Assembly: GCF_036321535.1 (NCBI RefSeq)
Contig: NC_087437.1
Location: 16,370,001-16,434,000, forward strand
From: Camelus dromedarius
Taxonomy: Eukaryota
DNA: 64,000 bases
Direction: 5' to 3'
Shown here: positions 10,636-24,539 of the stretch, piece by piece
How positions within the stretch are numbered: the first letter of the stretch is position 1
How the letters are laid out: every line of letters starts with the position of its first letter
Notes under the pieces: generated by a model
The model's input: the letters and a program-made list of their open reading frames with translations, nothing else
Told to the model about the DNA's origin: nothing
Databases searched by the model: none
Made by a program: the position numbers and the translations under genes

Positions 10636-13600
10636 CAGCCCACTTTAAGTTCTCAGAAACATCAGGGGGTGGTCACAGTTGCAGAACCCCCATTGCTGAG
10701 TTTGTGATTATCATTCAACTGCCAGTGACCCACAAGGGTCGTCAAATGGCGTAGATTCTCCTGGTCAGCTCTCACTGGACATATGCCACTCTATAGATCC
10801 CATGGTTTATTTCAGAATCTCAGATAATTACTCTGGTTTGGGGATTCCCAAAATAGTCACTAGAATTGCGCAAAACCCATAGAGATAAAATATCAGGTCT
10901 TGCTGGGAGTCCCAGGAACCCAGAGCCCAGACTTGGATCAGAACTTAGAGATTCAAAGCCCAGGCCAAAACCAGCTCTAGACAGTTGCCCCTCTGACAAA
11001 AGAAGGAAAAGGCACCAAAAAACTCAAGATGGAGTTGCAGCCATAATTATTAGTCTAAAAACCATGGGGACTGAAACTTCTGGGTGGCCCCGAACCAGCT
11101 GGGATGAGCAACAAGGGTCACAATCGCTCCGAGCATGGTTTCCAAAAGCAGCATTTCTCAACAGTTTTCAAGATAATAGGTTGTGAAAGCCATGGTGGGG
11201 AAAAAGCATTATGGAAAGCAAGTGTGAAATACCGGATTGACCGTCTCTGGTCAGACTGAGAGAGATACCTAAAGAAAACACACTGGAGGTGATGGCTTTT
11301 CCATGTACTCATCCTCCCACCACCCAAGGAGGCCACCTGTGCCCTCTTAGAATCAATTCTTCTGAAACTGGGGGAAGGGGAGGGGAGGATGGTTAGAGAA
11401 AACATGCTGATATGATGAGGATCTGAATCTCAAAAGCGATTCAAGAGGACAGAAGAACTCCGCCTGCAGTCAGGCAATGATTCCCATCAAGGAGGACTCC
11501 AATGATGCAGGAACTGCCGCCCTAGTGCCCCCTGAGAGCCTGACGGGCTGTTGTGAGAAGACACGGGCCATGCAGATTTCACCAGCTGGCGTCTGTGGAT
11601 CTGCCTTTTGGCCATCTGTCCCTTAGATGCCAACAGTTCCAAAGCATGGCTGGGTGTTCACTAGCCTAGGATTGCAGGCTGCTGAGAGATGATGGAAGGA
11701 GTAGCAAGATGGGTCATCAGCTGCACAGAATGGGTCCAGGCTGGACCTTCTGCCCATCCAAAATCCTGGGCTGAAGTAGACCTTTCTCCATGGGGTTTAG
11801 CCACATGATCCTTAGAGAAATTCATATTAGCACTCTTCATGGAGGGAGAACAAATATGATTTTATTAATTATCTGTTTAAATACAGTACATCCAGATTAC
11901 AACTACATACTTTTTTTGTTGTATTTAATTTTGGGGAGATCTTATTGGTGTCCTTCTGATTACAAATAGAGAGAAACTGCCAGCCTTTAAAGGCTCTGAG
12001 CTCCCTTTGTTCTTGCTGGTGTGCAGGAAGCCACAAGACCTTGAGAGCAGGAGAAAAGACTACAGCAGGTCTGAGACAGCTATTAAGCCCCCACTTTTTC
12101 AGGCAGACACAGGAAGCTCATATGTTTTCAGAGAAGGAACCAAGAGAGGAAATGAAAGGGGGAAAACTCAGAGTCCAACTTTTGTCATAAGGAATATTGT
12201 CACATTTTCTGGATTATACATCAATTTCTACTTTTTCTGATGTTTCTAAAGCTTAAAGAAAAGAGAAGGAAAAAAAAATCTCACAAGCCCTGGGATCTGG
12301 CTCTGGAAGGAGGGATGGGGAGAGACAGGCTAGAGCAGGTAACCAGGAAATATGTGACTTTGAAGGTTCTGTCAATGTTTTGGACATTGAAAGTACAGAG
12401 ACTCTAAGTATATGGCCCTGTGCTTATAGGACACTTCAATAGGTGTTTGAACATAGGGACCTGGGTCAAGAGCTTGATTGGGTTGGGGAGGGGTGCTGAA
12501 TTGCTCTGTTTAAGAAAGTGATAAGAGGATAAGGATGGATAGATCACAGTCACGGATTTAGCAAGGAAAAATAAGGCACTGAATCCCAGTGTGGGGCAGG
12601 GCAGCTGGGCCCATGCCCTTTGGGAGCCCTCCATATTCCCCCAACTTGAAATTTCCTGAAGTCCACAATCCTGTCTACCCCATACACAGACTCCCCAGAG
12701 CCCCGACCCTCCATGGAAATCCTGTTTTCCCCCAAGTGGCTCCCTTGCTCTGGGCTGTAGCCAGGTATCCAGGCTACTAATCCCCCGCCCGAGATACCTA
12801 CTACTCCCTCCTCCTCTCCACGCCCACCAGTTGCTCTGGCAAGCCTTCTGTCAATTCCTAGATACCTGGAATCAGGGCCAGGACTGGAAGAAAAGATGGA
12901 GGAGAAGATGGAGAAAGTTCATAGACACCTGAACCAGCAAGCGTCCCTTTTCTTCCTGTACCAAATACTGGGCTGTGCCTTCCTGCCCACATGTCTCACC
13001 AGCCTGGCTTTCCATCATGCTTCTGGTGCTTTATTGTGCTATTGTGCTATTGTGCTGGGGGAGATAACCTCAAGCCTGAGACTCTCCCTATTTCCTGGCC
13101 CTAACTGATGAGGAAGAATGGGAAAAGGCCACTGGGCCAGTAAGATTACCCTCTCACTTCTCAGTTGACCAGAAGAGTCAACAACTCTTTCAACAACTTT
13201 TGAAAATGGTGAACATTTGAGCCATATGGGGAAAACATTTAAAATTAATGAACTGTGATATATCCATTTATGTGTAATAATAGTAATTGCAGTGACAAAT
13301 GTGCATTAAGAAGGTTGTTCTACTTTTTTAGTGATGGTTTAGTAGAGTGTTTTAGGGGTAGGGAAACTACTTTCCCAGTAGACTTGTGTTGCCGATACTT
13401 ACTGCAGGGTCTGCTAGCAATGATGTGTCTGCCTTATCTGCATTTCTCAATCTTATGATGTATCAGGTACTACTACTTTCTTTCTCCAGATGCTAATCCC
13501 AAATAAAGCTGTTTCTCCTGGGAGTAGGGGCAAAGGGAATAAATGAACAACTGTAAGCTTGTGGTTTGAGTTAGAAAACGGGAGAGGAGACTCAGGAGGA

Positions 13601-13979
13601 AAAAAGATGGCAGTAGGCCAATGCCTGTGGGGTCTGTGGCTAATTTTAGAGTATAATGCCTATACTCAGTATAGTAATTAGGTAAGTGATTGCCGATAAG
13701 CCCTACCCATTACCCACAGATAATCCTTAATTGAAAGTCTCCTGTGCACGTAAAGTGTGTTAGTGATGATTTGGGGGAGATTTAAGGAACTAGGGAAGTC
13801 TTCAGCTTGAAAATTAATAGTGGTCCAAGGAAGCAAGACAGAGTTCAGGAAAATTAAATATTAAATCAAAATTTAAGTAGGAGAAATAATAGCTTCCAGA
13901 TAAACTTTAATATAAAGAAGAAATACTACTATAGACCAGACTTAAATTTGAAAAAAAAAGAATTCTCTAAAATTCTAAA

Positions 13980-15730
13980 GAAAAATGAAGTAAATGAAAC
14001 TGAAGTTGGTGGCATAACACAAACAGAGGAATTATTTCAGGATATTTTGAAACACAGCAGTTGACTTTATATCTTAAGTATGATAAGCCCTGAAGATACA
14101 AGAATGGCAAAAATGTTGTAAACTGTGTGTATCTGATTATAATATTGTTATTTGCATGGTTGGTTTTATTATTCTTAGATTGTTTTGTGTATATTGCAGG
14201 ATAAAATAAATGAATGCTCATGTTGACATTTTTGAGAACTGGGATTTTCAGTATAGAAGGGACTAAAAACAATAGGGTTAAATAAAAACCCATAATCCTG
14301 AATTTGAATGGCAAGTACCAAAATGAAGTCATGTTGAATTTTATCTTTTGAAAATGTAAATATTTCCTGGCTCAAACTGCTGAAAAGTCTAGAAACAATA
14401 ACCAACCCAGTAACAATGAGCACCCCTAGTATCCAGACTATGGTTTCTAAATATTTCCCCAAAAGGACTCTCCTTGAAGAAATGGATGATTATAAATCTG
14501 GGACAGGAAATGAATATGGTGAGCTTAAAATATCTTATTATATTATAAAGCAAGGAGGAGATTAAGGACAACTATGGTTTTGTCAAAAGGACTCAGGATC
14601 CAAATTGAAGTCTCCCAATATCCAAAGTTGGGACAATTTGGCTATTGATCAAGGTAACTTTCAGTGGCTTAATAGCATATCAGATATGTTTGATTCCATA
14701 AACCCAAATGATGCTTAAAAAAAAACAAGAGGAAAAAAAGAAACTCAGTAGTTAAGAGTTAGGAAACCAGTCCATTATTCTGAAAACCGGTAAATACCAA
14801 AAAAGTATTGAGCAATTATCTTTCCTTTCCTACAAAAAGTTATACCTCAGAGTTGACAAATTGATGGTGAGGGAAATTGTTTCTTTATAGAAGTATTCCA
14901 GATGTCAAGTGAAGAAGAAATGATGGAATTAGGAAATCAATATGTGGTAACTACAAATCAGTTGGTGGATCTAGACAATTATCATCAATGCTGTTAACAT
15001 CACAAAGAGAGACACCTGAGCATCATGGATCTCCTGGTGAAAGTACAGAACTCCACCAATGAAGTGGTTTTGCAAAAAAGAAAAAAAAATCAAGCCTGAA
15101 TCTAATCAAGCCTAGATCTAACTAGCAATTTAGAGGAACAGAGGAACTCATTAAATGATGCCATGGGATCCAATTAGTAAAATCCAGACAGTGGAAAACC
15201 CTTTAGGACAGACAATTCAGTTTCTTCAACAACTAAATTAATAGAAAAAGAGAGTGAAAATGAGATGGAAGGGAACTTTAAGGTTAAAAGAGACTTCAGA
15301 TAGATATCAACAATTGCAGTGTGTGGACCTCATTTGTATCTGGGTTGAACCAAACTGTAAAAAAAAAAAAAATGAGACAATCAAGGAAATGTGAACATCA
15401 ACTGGATATTTAATGATATTAAGGGATTTTTTTTCTATAATAAGGAATGGTATTGTGGTTACAGAGTTAGGAATTCTAAAAACAAATACGTAACTTTTAG
15501 AGGTACATACATATTCATATATAAATTGACATGATGGCTGAAATTTGCTGCAAAAAATGAAGGTGTTGGAGAGGCTTGGGAGGAGGAGGGGGGTGAGTAG
15601 GAATGCAGAGAAAACAAGATTGACTGTGAGCTTACTTGTTGAAGCTGGGTGATGAATACCTAAGGGTTTATTACATATATCCTCCCTCTTTTTGTATGCA
15701 TGAAATTTTCCCATAATAAAAAAAATTAAG
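13980..15730 (+). mobile_element. L1MC4/5-type long 3' UTR
   Basis: gtaacaatgagcacccctagtatccagactatggtttctaaata...ctccttgaagaaatggatgatt is characteristic; ends gaaattttcccataataaaaaaa. Confidence 0.85.
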
Positions 15731-16861
15731 GAAAAAAAGGAAAGAAAAGAGGATGATGGTTCCATTAGGCGTAAGAGACACACTTGAATCATTTAAAAAG
15801 TCACCAGTGGAATCACCCCCCAAAGCTGTAGTACTTGAGATTTTGAAGCAGCTAAAGGAGGGTCTCTTTTCATTTTTATCATCATCCCAACATGGGTTGT
15901 ATTGTGAACAGATCTCTTCTTCTATCTTAAGTACATTTATTTCCTCTGTAGTGTGTTTACACGCAGCAAACAGTCCTCTCAGCCCTCCAGAGCTGCCCAA
16001 AGAATCTGAAACCAGTGCCAATAGGAGTTGAATTCTGTACCATATAAAGGCTTGGCCAGTTAGTAGCAAAAAGAGTGGGTCATTAACGGCCTAAGGGTCA
16101 TTAATTAGAACTCCAGGAACCAAGAGTCTTGCTTGTTTAGCCAGTGAGTATTTAATTTTTTTTTTTCAGTGTCTTTGGTCAGAGTGTGTACAATGATTCT
16201 CTTGGAACCTAAACCAGCTTTATCTCACACTGATATTACCTGTCTGGCCCTGGGAGCCTGGGAAGCCCTGACCTATCCCCTAAATTCTAAGGGAATTCTG
16301 GCTCAAACACGTAGACATTTTCCTTATTCTGTAGCATTTGAAAACATCTTCATCACAAAGCCCTTTAGATGCTGCCAGTTTGTACTTCAGTCAAATTCAA
16401 TACCCACCCTTTCACCCATTCTGTCTCTACCTTTATCCAAAATCTTGAATCTAACAGATTGGTAGTAACAGGAATCAACTGACAAAAATTTCTTCCTGTA
16501 GCTCAATAAAAACTTTTACTTTACTTTCTCCTGTTTTCTAAGCAAAAACACATGTGGATTCTTAAAAATCATTCACTTGATTTGATCTGGTGAGAAAGGT
16601 CAGGCCAAAGTAGCCTACCTCATTTAGATAAAGTAATTGCCATAGAATGAGTGACTTTGTGCAAGTCCTACTTGATTAACTCTAAGATGAATCTGGAATT
16701 AGTTCGTGGATATCACAACAGGATCATTCTGTGGGGAAACCCTGCCTCAGAGGGGAAAATGATTGACATGCTTTCAAACTGCCTTAGAGGACTAGGATTT
16801 GGAACAGTCAAGCAATCTGAGGGGAGTGGAATGATCTGGGCCTGGAATGAGCTTATGAGAG

Positions 16862-16905
16862 TTTGAAGACTGACTACCCATTTGTTGTCTTGGGCACAGC
16901 ATTTC
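16862..16905 (+). mobile_element. MIR, left part (split by young L1)
   Basis: Joins seamlessly with 18047-18190 once the L1 and one TSD copy are removed. Confidence 0.6.
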
Positions 16906-18030
16906 TTTCTTTTTTTTTTTTTTTTTCTTTTTTTTATTGATTTATAATCATTTTACAATGTTGTGTCAAATTCCAGTGTAGGGCACAATTTTTCAATTAT
17001 ACATGAACATATACATATTCATTGTCACATTCCTTTCTCTGTGAGCTACCATAAGATCTTGTATGTATTTCCCTGCGCTATACAGTATAATCTTGTTTAT
17101 CTATTCTACAATTTTGAAATCCCAGTCTATCCCTTCCCACCCCCCGCCCCCTTGGCAACCACAAGTTTGTATTCTATGTCTATGAGTCTATTTCTGTTTT
17201 GTATTTATGCTTTGTTTGTGTGTGTGTTTTTTTGTTTGTTTGGTTTTTTTTTAGATTCCACATATGAGCGATCTCATATGGTATTTTTCTTTCTCTTTCT
17301 GGCTTACTTCACTTAGAATGACATTCTCCAGGAGCATCCATGTTGCTGCAAATGGCATTATGTTGTCAGTTTTTATGGCTGAGTAGTATTCCATTGTATA
17401 AATATACCACATCTTCTTTATCCAGTCATCTGCTGATGGACCTTTAGTCTGTTTCCATGTCTTGGCTATTGTAAATAGTGCTGCTATGAACATTGGGGTG
17501 TAGGTGTCATTTTGAAGTAGGATTCCTTCTGGATATATGCCCAGGAGTGGGATTCCTGGGTGATACGGTCTATTCCTGGGTCAAAAGTCTATTCTTAGTC
17601 TTTTGAGGAATCTCCATACTGTTTTCCACAGTGGCTGTACCAAACTGCATTCCCACCAGCAGTGTAGGATGGTTCCCTTTTCTCCACAGCCTCTCCAGCA
17701 TTTGTCATTTGTGGATTTTTGAATGATGGCCATTCTGACTGGTGTGAGAATGATACATCATTGCAGTTTTGATTTGCATTTCTCTGATAATTAGTGATAT
17801 TGAGCATTTTTTCATGCGCCTATTGATCATTTGTATGTCTTCCTTGGAGAATTGCTTGTTTAGGTCTTTTGCCCATTTTTGGATTGGGTTGTTTGGTTGT
17901 TTCTTATTAAGTCGTATGAGCTGCTTATATATTCTGGAGATCAAGCCTTTGTCGGTTTCATTTGCAAAAATTTTCTCGCATCACGTAGGTTGTCTTTTTG
18001 TTTTACTTGGTTTCCTTTGCTGTGCAGAAG
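16906..18030 (-). mobile_element. Young 5'-truncated lineage-specific (camelid-like) L1: ORF2 C-terminus, 3' UTR and polyA
   Basis: Perfect 16-bp TSD ttgggcacagcatttc at 16890-16905 and 18031-18046; poly-T at 16906-16935; ORFs MFIAALFTIAKTWKQ...WYIYTMEYYSAIK and [22 protein letters not shown] are L1 ORF2. Confidence 0.97.
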
Positions 18031-18046
18031 TTGGGCACAGCATTTC

Positions 18047-18190
18047 ACCTCTCTGAGTCTCAGCTTCTCAGTTTTCTCTATGAAGAGGGAATCACATTTT
18101 TCTACTTTTTATGGCTATCAGAGGATTAAATAAGATCGTGAATGTGAGAGAGAGTGCCTGGCAAATAGCAGATGTTCAATTATTGCTTCC
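18047..18190 (+). mobile_element. MIR, right part
   Basis: acctctctgagtctcag...gaggattaaataagat...agtgcctggcaaatagcagatgttcaat. Confidence 0.75.
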
Positions 18191-18417
18191 TCTTTGTTAT
18201 ATGAATGTCAGCGCTGGCTATATCTTAGCCAAAAAGGGAACCTGGTTTATACTTCCAGAATTCACAGACATATGTTAGAGAAAATGGGGGTAGATATTAT
18301 CCAGCAAGATCCAGCACAGAGAGAGGAGACAATGACTCTGAGAAGATACTGTCTTGCTGACTCCAAGGAAAGGGTTATTTGCCATTTAGAAGATAAAGAC
18401 AATGCTGAACTGGAGAC

Positions 18418-18779
18418 TGCTCTATGGACTGACTATTTTGTCCCACCAAAATGTATATATTGAAGCTTTAATGCTCAATGTGATGGTATTGGGGTGGGGT
18501 GTCTTTGGAAGGTAATTAGGTCATGAGGGTGAAGCCCCCACGGTGAGATTAGTGCCCTTACAAGAAGAGACAGGAAGAGAGAATCTCTCTCTTCACCATG
18601 TGAAAATACAGCAAGAAGGTGTCCATCTGCAAACAAAAAAGAGGGTCTTCACTAGGAACTGAATCAGCTAGGATCTTGAAATTGTACTTCCCAGCCTCCA
18701 GAATTGTGAGAATAAATTTCTGTTGGTTAAGCCACCCATCTACAGTACTTGGTTATAGCAGCCCAAGTGTACTAAGACA
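18418..18779 (+). mobile_element. MLT1A-type MaLR solo LTR
   Basis: tg...ctatggactga start; gtaattaggtcatgagggt; cccagcctccagaattgtgagaataaatttctgttggttaagccaccc; ends actaagaca. Confidence 0.92.
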
Positions 18780-19269
18780 GGGAGGCAACATATTTCTTGC
18801 AAGTTTCTGAGCTTCTGAAGAGTTCTTGCCCCTAAACTGGATGATTTATAGAAAATTGCAGGCTGTGTCCAAAATACATATGCTGTACCTAGAATATTTG
18901 CCCTAACCGATGTATTGGAACTGATAAGATTGTCTCGTCCATAGATTTATATGAAGGTCTTTGGCAAATAGCCATGAGGGAGGTATCTAGACAGCAACAT
19001 TTATAACACCAGTTGGGATGTTAGATTTTAATGAGTTCAATTTGGACCAAGAACTCTGTTTATGACTTGACAAAGGTTGGTCAGTGGAATACACAAAGGG
19101 CTGAGAATGTTCACCAAGGCCTGTGTTCAGAAAATTGCTCTGTTTGCTGGTGGTATAAAGGTACGCCTGGGTCAACTCACACTGTAACTCTGAGCAGAAT
19201 CCAAGTTAATCTTGTGTGAAACTTGGTCAATCTCAGGCTGCTTTCCAGGACCTAAGGATGGTAAAAATC

Positions 19270-19750
19270 TAGGAGGAAAGAGTCTCATGTTGCTATTTTC
19301 TGGCCAAACCACATCTGGACTATTGTTCCTAAATTGTTTCCCACATTAACAAAGGGAATTTAACAAACTATAGCAGATTCTAAGGAGAGCAGAATTTCTG
19401 GAAATCATCATGGCTGAGATCTTCTTTGAAAGACTGAATAAAAGGGAAAGCTTTCCTTGGGATTGGAATTATTTTGTGTGGTGTCAGAGGAAAGAACTAG
19501 GGTGAATGGATAGAGGTTACTTATCGGAAAATCTCAAATCACAACAAGTATATGTGTTTTTAATGCTTAGATCCGAACCAAAAAAGAGTATGGACTCTCT
19601 GGAGAGGCGGTATATTCGCTGACCCTAAAGGTATACAAGAAGTATTAAAATGATCACTTTTCAGCAGTGCTATAGAGAGGGTTTATATATTGGCTGGAGG
19701 GCTGCTTGGGTGACCTCTAAAGTCACCCAGCTCTGATATTCTGTGTTTCC
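19270..19750 (+). mobile_element. L3/CR1 LINE 3' region
   Basis: tggccaaaccacatctggactattg...aactagggtgaatggatagaggtta...tgacctctaaagtcacccagctctgatattctgtg. Confidence 0.65.
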
Positions 19751-19769
19751 CTGACAATTGCAGCTCATG

Positions 19770-19955
19770 AGTGGCAGTGTGTCATAGTGATTAAGAACGT
19801 GGTTTAGGAGAGACGGACCCGTGGGTTCCAACTCTAACTCAGCACACTTGGTCAAAATTTCTAACATCTTTAAGGCTCAGCTTCCACCTATAAAATAAGG
19901 ATCATGATAGTAACTACCTTCTACTGCTTTGTAAAAACCTAGTCAAATTATCTTG
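19770..19955 (+). mobile_element. MIR
   Basis: ggcagtgtgtcatagtgattaagaac...ctcagcttccacctataaaataaggatcatgatagtaactacct. Confidence 0.75.
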
Positions 19956-21407
19956 AGTTTAGCATATTAATCATATCCTTAGGAAAGAGGAAAACAGGTC
20001 TTTCTTAGTAGTTTACCCTTTCTGAACCTTTCATAGGTGCATGCAGTGATGGATTCCACGCTGTCTTAACTTATTTCAATTTGTTTTTATAAGAGCATGA
20101 GAACTGAAAGCAGGCTGCGGAACATTTCAGTAGAAAATAACCCCCAAGGGGAAATATTGGCAACTGTTTGGGTGTCAGGAAAAACCTGTCTGTATATTTG
20201 TGAGTCAGGACCTTACTCTGTGGACAGATCACCGGCAGGATTCCCAATGCCCTGCCCCATAGGGCGTGGGGATGCCAGACTGCCCCCTTGGACTCTCAGA
20301 CTGCTGGGAATGAAAACAGCTGGCAGAGGGGCTTTCCTGACTAGAGACAAGGAACAAACTGGTCTGCAGCAGTTCCCAGACTCAACTAAGGGAACCGTGC
20401 ACCCTGACCTTTGCCTAAGACGACAGAAGAGAGATGTTGCAAGGAGCATGTAGGGAGGGCTCCATGAATTATGCAGGGGGAAAAAATTTCATTCCATAAT
20501 TAAGCAAGGAGAGAGAGGGAAGACATGAATTTCCAGCTACGCTGGAAGCTGACCTGAGTCCTATTCAGTCTCGGCTTGCTTTTGTCAGGAATGGAAACCT
20601 ATAGCCTATTCTTCATATCAAATTCTGGCTGGTGAGTAAAGCAAGCTCACAGCTCCTAATTGAGAGAAAGCAGCCCCACAAGGCTCATGAATAAATGAAT
20701 GTGCCCTCCAAATTACTGACACATCTCTGAACTTTGATTTTGCTTCTCAGGAGCCCAATTTCATTATAACGAAGTGCTCAATTCTCTAGAATTGCCATGG
20801 AGGAAAACAATGAAATTAGACCCCTTTGTTTGGACTTCAATGGCATCACAAACCACAGAAACTTTCCATGATGTCACCTCCCCTTAATGTGAATATTTAC
20901 TGCTTACGTCCCTTGAGTAATATCTTCTTTCTTTCACACTCTGTTCAATTTCAGGTTTCAATTTCCGTAATTTTATTGACATGACAACATACACAAATGC
21001 TGCTGGAGTTAATCCAGCAATACTCCATGTCAGGGGCCCGTTTTATGTCATCTCTGTCTTTCCCATTATTCTCCATCTCTCATTTGGTGATAGGCTGTCA
21101 CAGGACTGGGAGGTTATCTGGCCGCCCTCATTTTCCCTGAAAGTTACAGAGAATTTCCCCTTCCATCTTAGAAGGCAGTCTATTGCACTTTCAGACAGTT
21201 TGACAAAAAGTACATTATCTTTTTCCTTCATATTCACATACAGGAGGCTCTTCCATCTCCCAGACTCCTTTGACTACAAAGTCTGTCCTGTGTAAGTTTC
21301 AAATTGTCTCTGATTGCTTGTATTTTGGGTTGATTTTGGGGTTTTGTCTTGCATTTCCATTTTTGTGTTGAAATTGTAGATTTTAAGCCTGCTAAATTCT
21401 TGGAGGA

Positions 21408-21845
21408 TGTATTAGTTTCTCGGGCTGCCGTAATAAAAATGACCTCAAAGTTGGATGGCTTAAAACAGTGGAAATTTATTATCTCCAGTTCTGGAGTCCA
21501 GAAGTCCAAAATCAAGGTGTTGGCAATGCTCTCTCCTCAGTCTGTAAAGGAGGGTCCTTCCTATCTCTTCCTAACTTCTGGTGGTTGTAATCCTTGGCTT
21601 ATAGACCCTTCACTCCAGTCTTTGCCTCCAGAATCACATGATGTTCGCCCAGTGTCTGTGTGTCCAAGTTCCCTCTTCTTATTAAGACAACAGTCATTGG
21701 ATTAGGGCCAACCCTAAATGAGGATGACCTCATCTTAACTCAATTACATCTGCAAAGACCCTGTTTCCTAATAAAGTCACATTCACAGGTACTGGGCTAG
21801 GACTTGAACATATCTTTTAAGGGGACACAATTCAACCAACAGTAC
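21408..21845 (-). mobile_element. MLT1B/C-type MaLR solo LTR
   Basis: tgtattagtttctcgggctgccgtaat...tggcttaaaacag...ttacatctgcaaagaccctgtttcc...ggggacacaattcaacc. Confidence 0.92.
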
Positions 21846-22489
21846 GACACTTGGTGGGAATAAAACAATCTGTTAATGTGACGCTTGGGTGCCCCATCCT
21901 AGGACAGTCAAGCAGCACATTCATCCTCTGTGGCTTATAGCTTAGGTTGTAAAACATTCTTGTAAGGGATGCTGGAGTCTGGAAGCAACCTCCTATCCAA
22001 TGCCCTCCCCCGAATCCTCAAACTTTCCTACATATATTGTTTGCTGGAGTCCAACTACGCAGAGACGACACTGACATAGATGTAATGAAGTACTGATAGG
22101 TATAACTCATCTCATCCCACCTCCTGTGGGCACCTGGGAGGTACAAAGTATCAGGTGTCAAAAAAGAGATGGTGCACATACACTGGTGCACACGGGTGTG
22201 TTCTACGCATTCTTTCCACGAGCAAGACTGGTTTTGGAGAAGCCTTCTCTATGCAGAATAATCAGCCATCTTCATGTCAGAAGTTCTGACGGCTCAGAAA
22301 GGGCTCTTGCTGCTTCACCATGAAGGTCAGGGGAGGATGCAGCCAAGTAGCCTGACGGTGGATGCTGAGGTGCACTGAGTACACCTCCATCTAGGGTGAC
22401 TGGCATGACCACACTGAACCATCCTCCAGCAACCTCAAGGCCAGCAGCATAGGTCCCCCTTCCCCGATCCAATCCCTCCCCTTCCATGT

Positions 22490-23360
22490 CCAGCCAGTCT
22501 CCAAGTCTACCTTCTCACTTCTCACCTCTCTCCTCTTCTCTCCAGGTCCTCCATTTCTGTGCTGCTTGAGTCTTTATTCTCATCTTCATTCTCATCTGTT
22601 CAGTTGAAACAGTCTCCCAGCTGGTGACTTTGCCATGAGGCATGTCTTTTCCAAGGCTACTTCCACAGAACTGCATAAGGAGCTTTTTAAAGCCCCAACT
22701 TCTCAATACTCAGAACTGCTATGATCCCTCACCTTCATAATCAGAGGTTCTGACCTCTATGTGCATTAGGATCAGCTGGAGAGCTTGTTAAAGTTAAAGA
22801 TTGCCAGCCCAGCCCCTGTGTTCCTCAGTCAGCTGCTGGGGTGGGACCTGAGAATTGTAGACAATTCTAACCAGTTCTCCAGTGACGAGGATGATGCAAC
22901 TGGTCCAGGGGTCATAATTAGACAAGCACTGGCCTAGAGAATAAAGCCTGCTTATCTAGGAATACAGACAGTCTGTAGCCCAGCTCTGCCTAATCCTCCA
23001 CTTTTGTTTCCTTTCACTCTTCCCACTGACATTTTAAACTCCAGCAGAACCATCATCAGCTTGTATTTTCCAGCAGGCATAATGCTGTTTCCTGTGGCTG
23101 TCGTATCCCATTCCTCTTGCTAGCAATTTGCTTTCCCGCCTTATCTGTCTTCAAAACCTCGCTTCAGCATCACTGCCTCGGTAATGTCTTCAGTGAGGTC
23201 TTCATTCGTCCCCTATCAGGCACTTAAGTACAGGTCTATTATCTTTCTATTTTTATGTATCCCTCAATCCCTCCCTAACTCGACTATGAGATCCTAGAGT
23301 CATACCCTTGGCCTTGCTGCCCCCAATAGTCAAGAGATGCTCAATCAATCCTTGTATTTC
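22490..23360 (+). mobile_element. L2 fragments, interrupted by MER5A
   Basis: Pyrimidine-rich L2-like tracts ending gactatgagatcctagag...gatgctcaatcaat. Confidence 0.55.
22742..22931 (+). mobile_element. MER5A hAT-Charlie DNA transposon
   Basis: cagaggttct...gcattaggatcagctggagagcttgttaaa...ggggtgggacctgagaatt...gcactg termini. Confidence 0.8.
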
Positions 23361-23554
23361 TGTACGTAACCAGGAGAAGTGGTCAAAGAAGTCTGCATGG
23401 TTCTCTACACTGCTTTTTTTGTGTGGCATGTAAACCTTGCATCACCTCTGTATATAGGAGATCTCTTAGAACTCCATTGTGATCATGTCAGCTTGGAGGA
23501 TGAGGGTCTGTCTGAGTAGAGGACTTGCGCTTCACATTACTTTTATCGACGGGG

Positions 23555-23887
23555 AAGAAAAGGAAATATAAAGATTTATTAAAAGTACTGTACTTGAGCT
23601 ATAAGCAGACATAAACCAAGAAAACAGGCTTCTACCATGGAATGACGAGTATAAAGTCGGTGGAAAACAACACAAGATGGTTGGTTTAACATCAACTGGG
23701 GTGACAGAGTGGCCACGAGGAGGGACTTCCTAGATCACAGAGGACCACCGAGGCCTGCACACATCTCGGAGAAGAAAATCAGCCAGGCTTAACACCGTGG
23801 AAGGGATATGCAAACCAGGATCCTGAGGCAGCAGACGTCCACCCCCGAGTGATGACAGGGAAGCAGAGCAGGCCCAGGAGGGAGACA
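23555..23887 (-). other. Candidate terminal exon of an unannotated spliced transcript
   Basis: Minus-strand acceptor tccctcccctacag at 23888; AATAAA at 23580-23575 followed by a U-rich tract; non-repetitive; no recognisable protein. Confidence 0.3.
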
Positions 23888-24089
23888 CTGTAGGGGAGGG
23901 ATTTGATTTTGTGTTGCATGATTGGGAGCTGCTGGGGTTCTGCCAAGCTGCCCCATTACCCGCTGATCCTGGGGACTCAGTGGAGGCAACGGTCATGGGC
24001 CTGGCCGTACGGCTTTGGTTTTTCCCAACCAGTCCTTGTGGCTGATGTCAGAAGCCACGGGCTGGCAAGAGCACACTCCCCCTCCTCAC

Positions 24090-24161
24090 CCAGGGGCTGT
24101 GGGCATGGACCCACACCCTCCAGGTGGCCTGTTGTTTGGATGACTCTCCTTGCCCTAATCT
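24090..24161 (-). other. Candidate 72-bp internal exon
   Basis: Minus-strand polypyrimidine tract ctgcccctattctgttcttccctccctct...cacag and donor TGG|gtgagg. Confidence 0.3.
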
Positions 24162-24539
24162 CTGTGACCGGCCCAGAGGGAGGGAAGAACAGAATAGGGG
24201 CAGTTCTGATTTAACTATACTGAGAAAAAAAAAAGAGAATCCAAGGTCACACCTAAGTTAAATATTGAAATCAGATCACTTTGCGTTGGTCAGCCCAACC
24301 TTGTCAAAGGGAGACTTCAAATCCTAACACGATGGAACTCTGTGTCTCCAAGTATGATAAAGCGCATGACTCAATAATTATTTTAGAACCTCTTCTGATT
24401 AGATCTAAGGAAGAAACAAGCTAATAGAAATCATGTGTCCCTTTTTTTTGGTAACAGTCTTGGGAATGTGGACCAGGAAACAGAGGGAGAGCTGGCAGAA
24501 AGCCGAAAGTTAGCAGCGATGGGGCTGATGGGCAAATGT

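Noticed and set aside
17251..17944. Functional L1 ORF2 coding sequence
   Set aside because: Only a 5'-truncated C-terminal fragment, split across frames.
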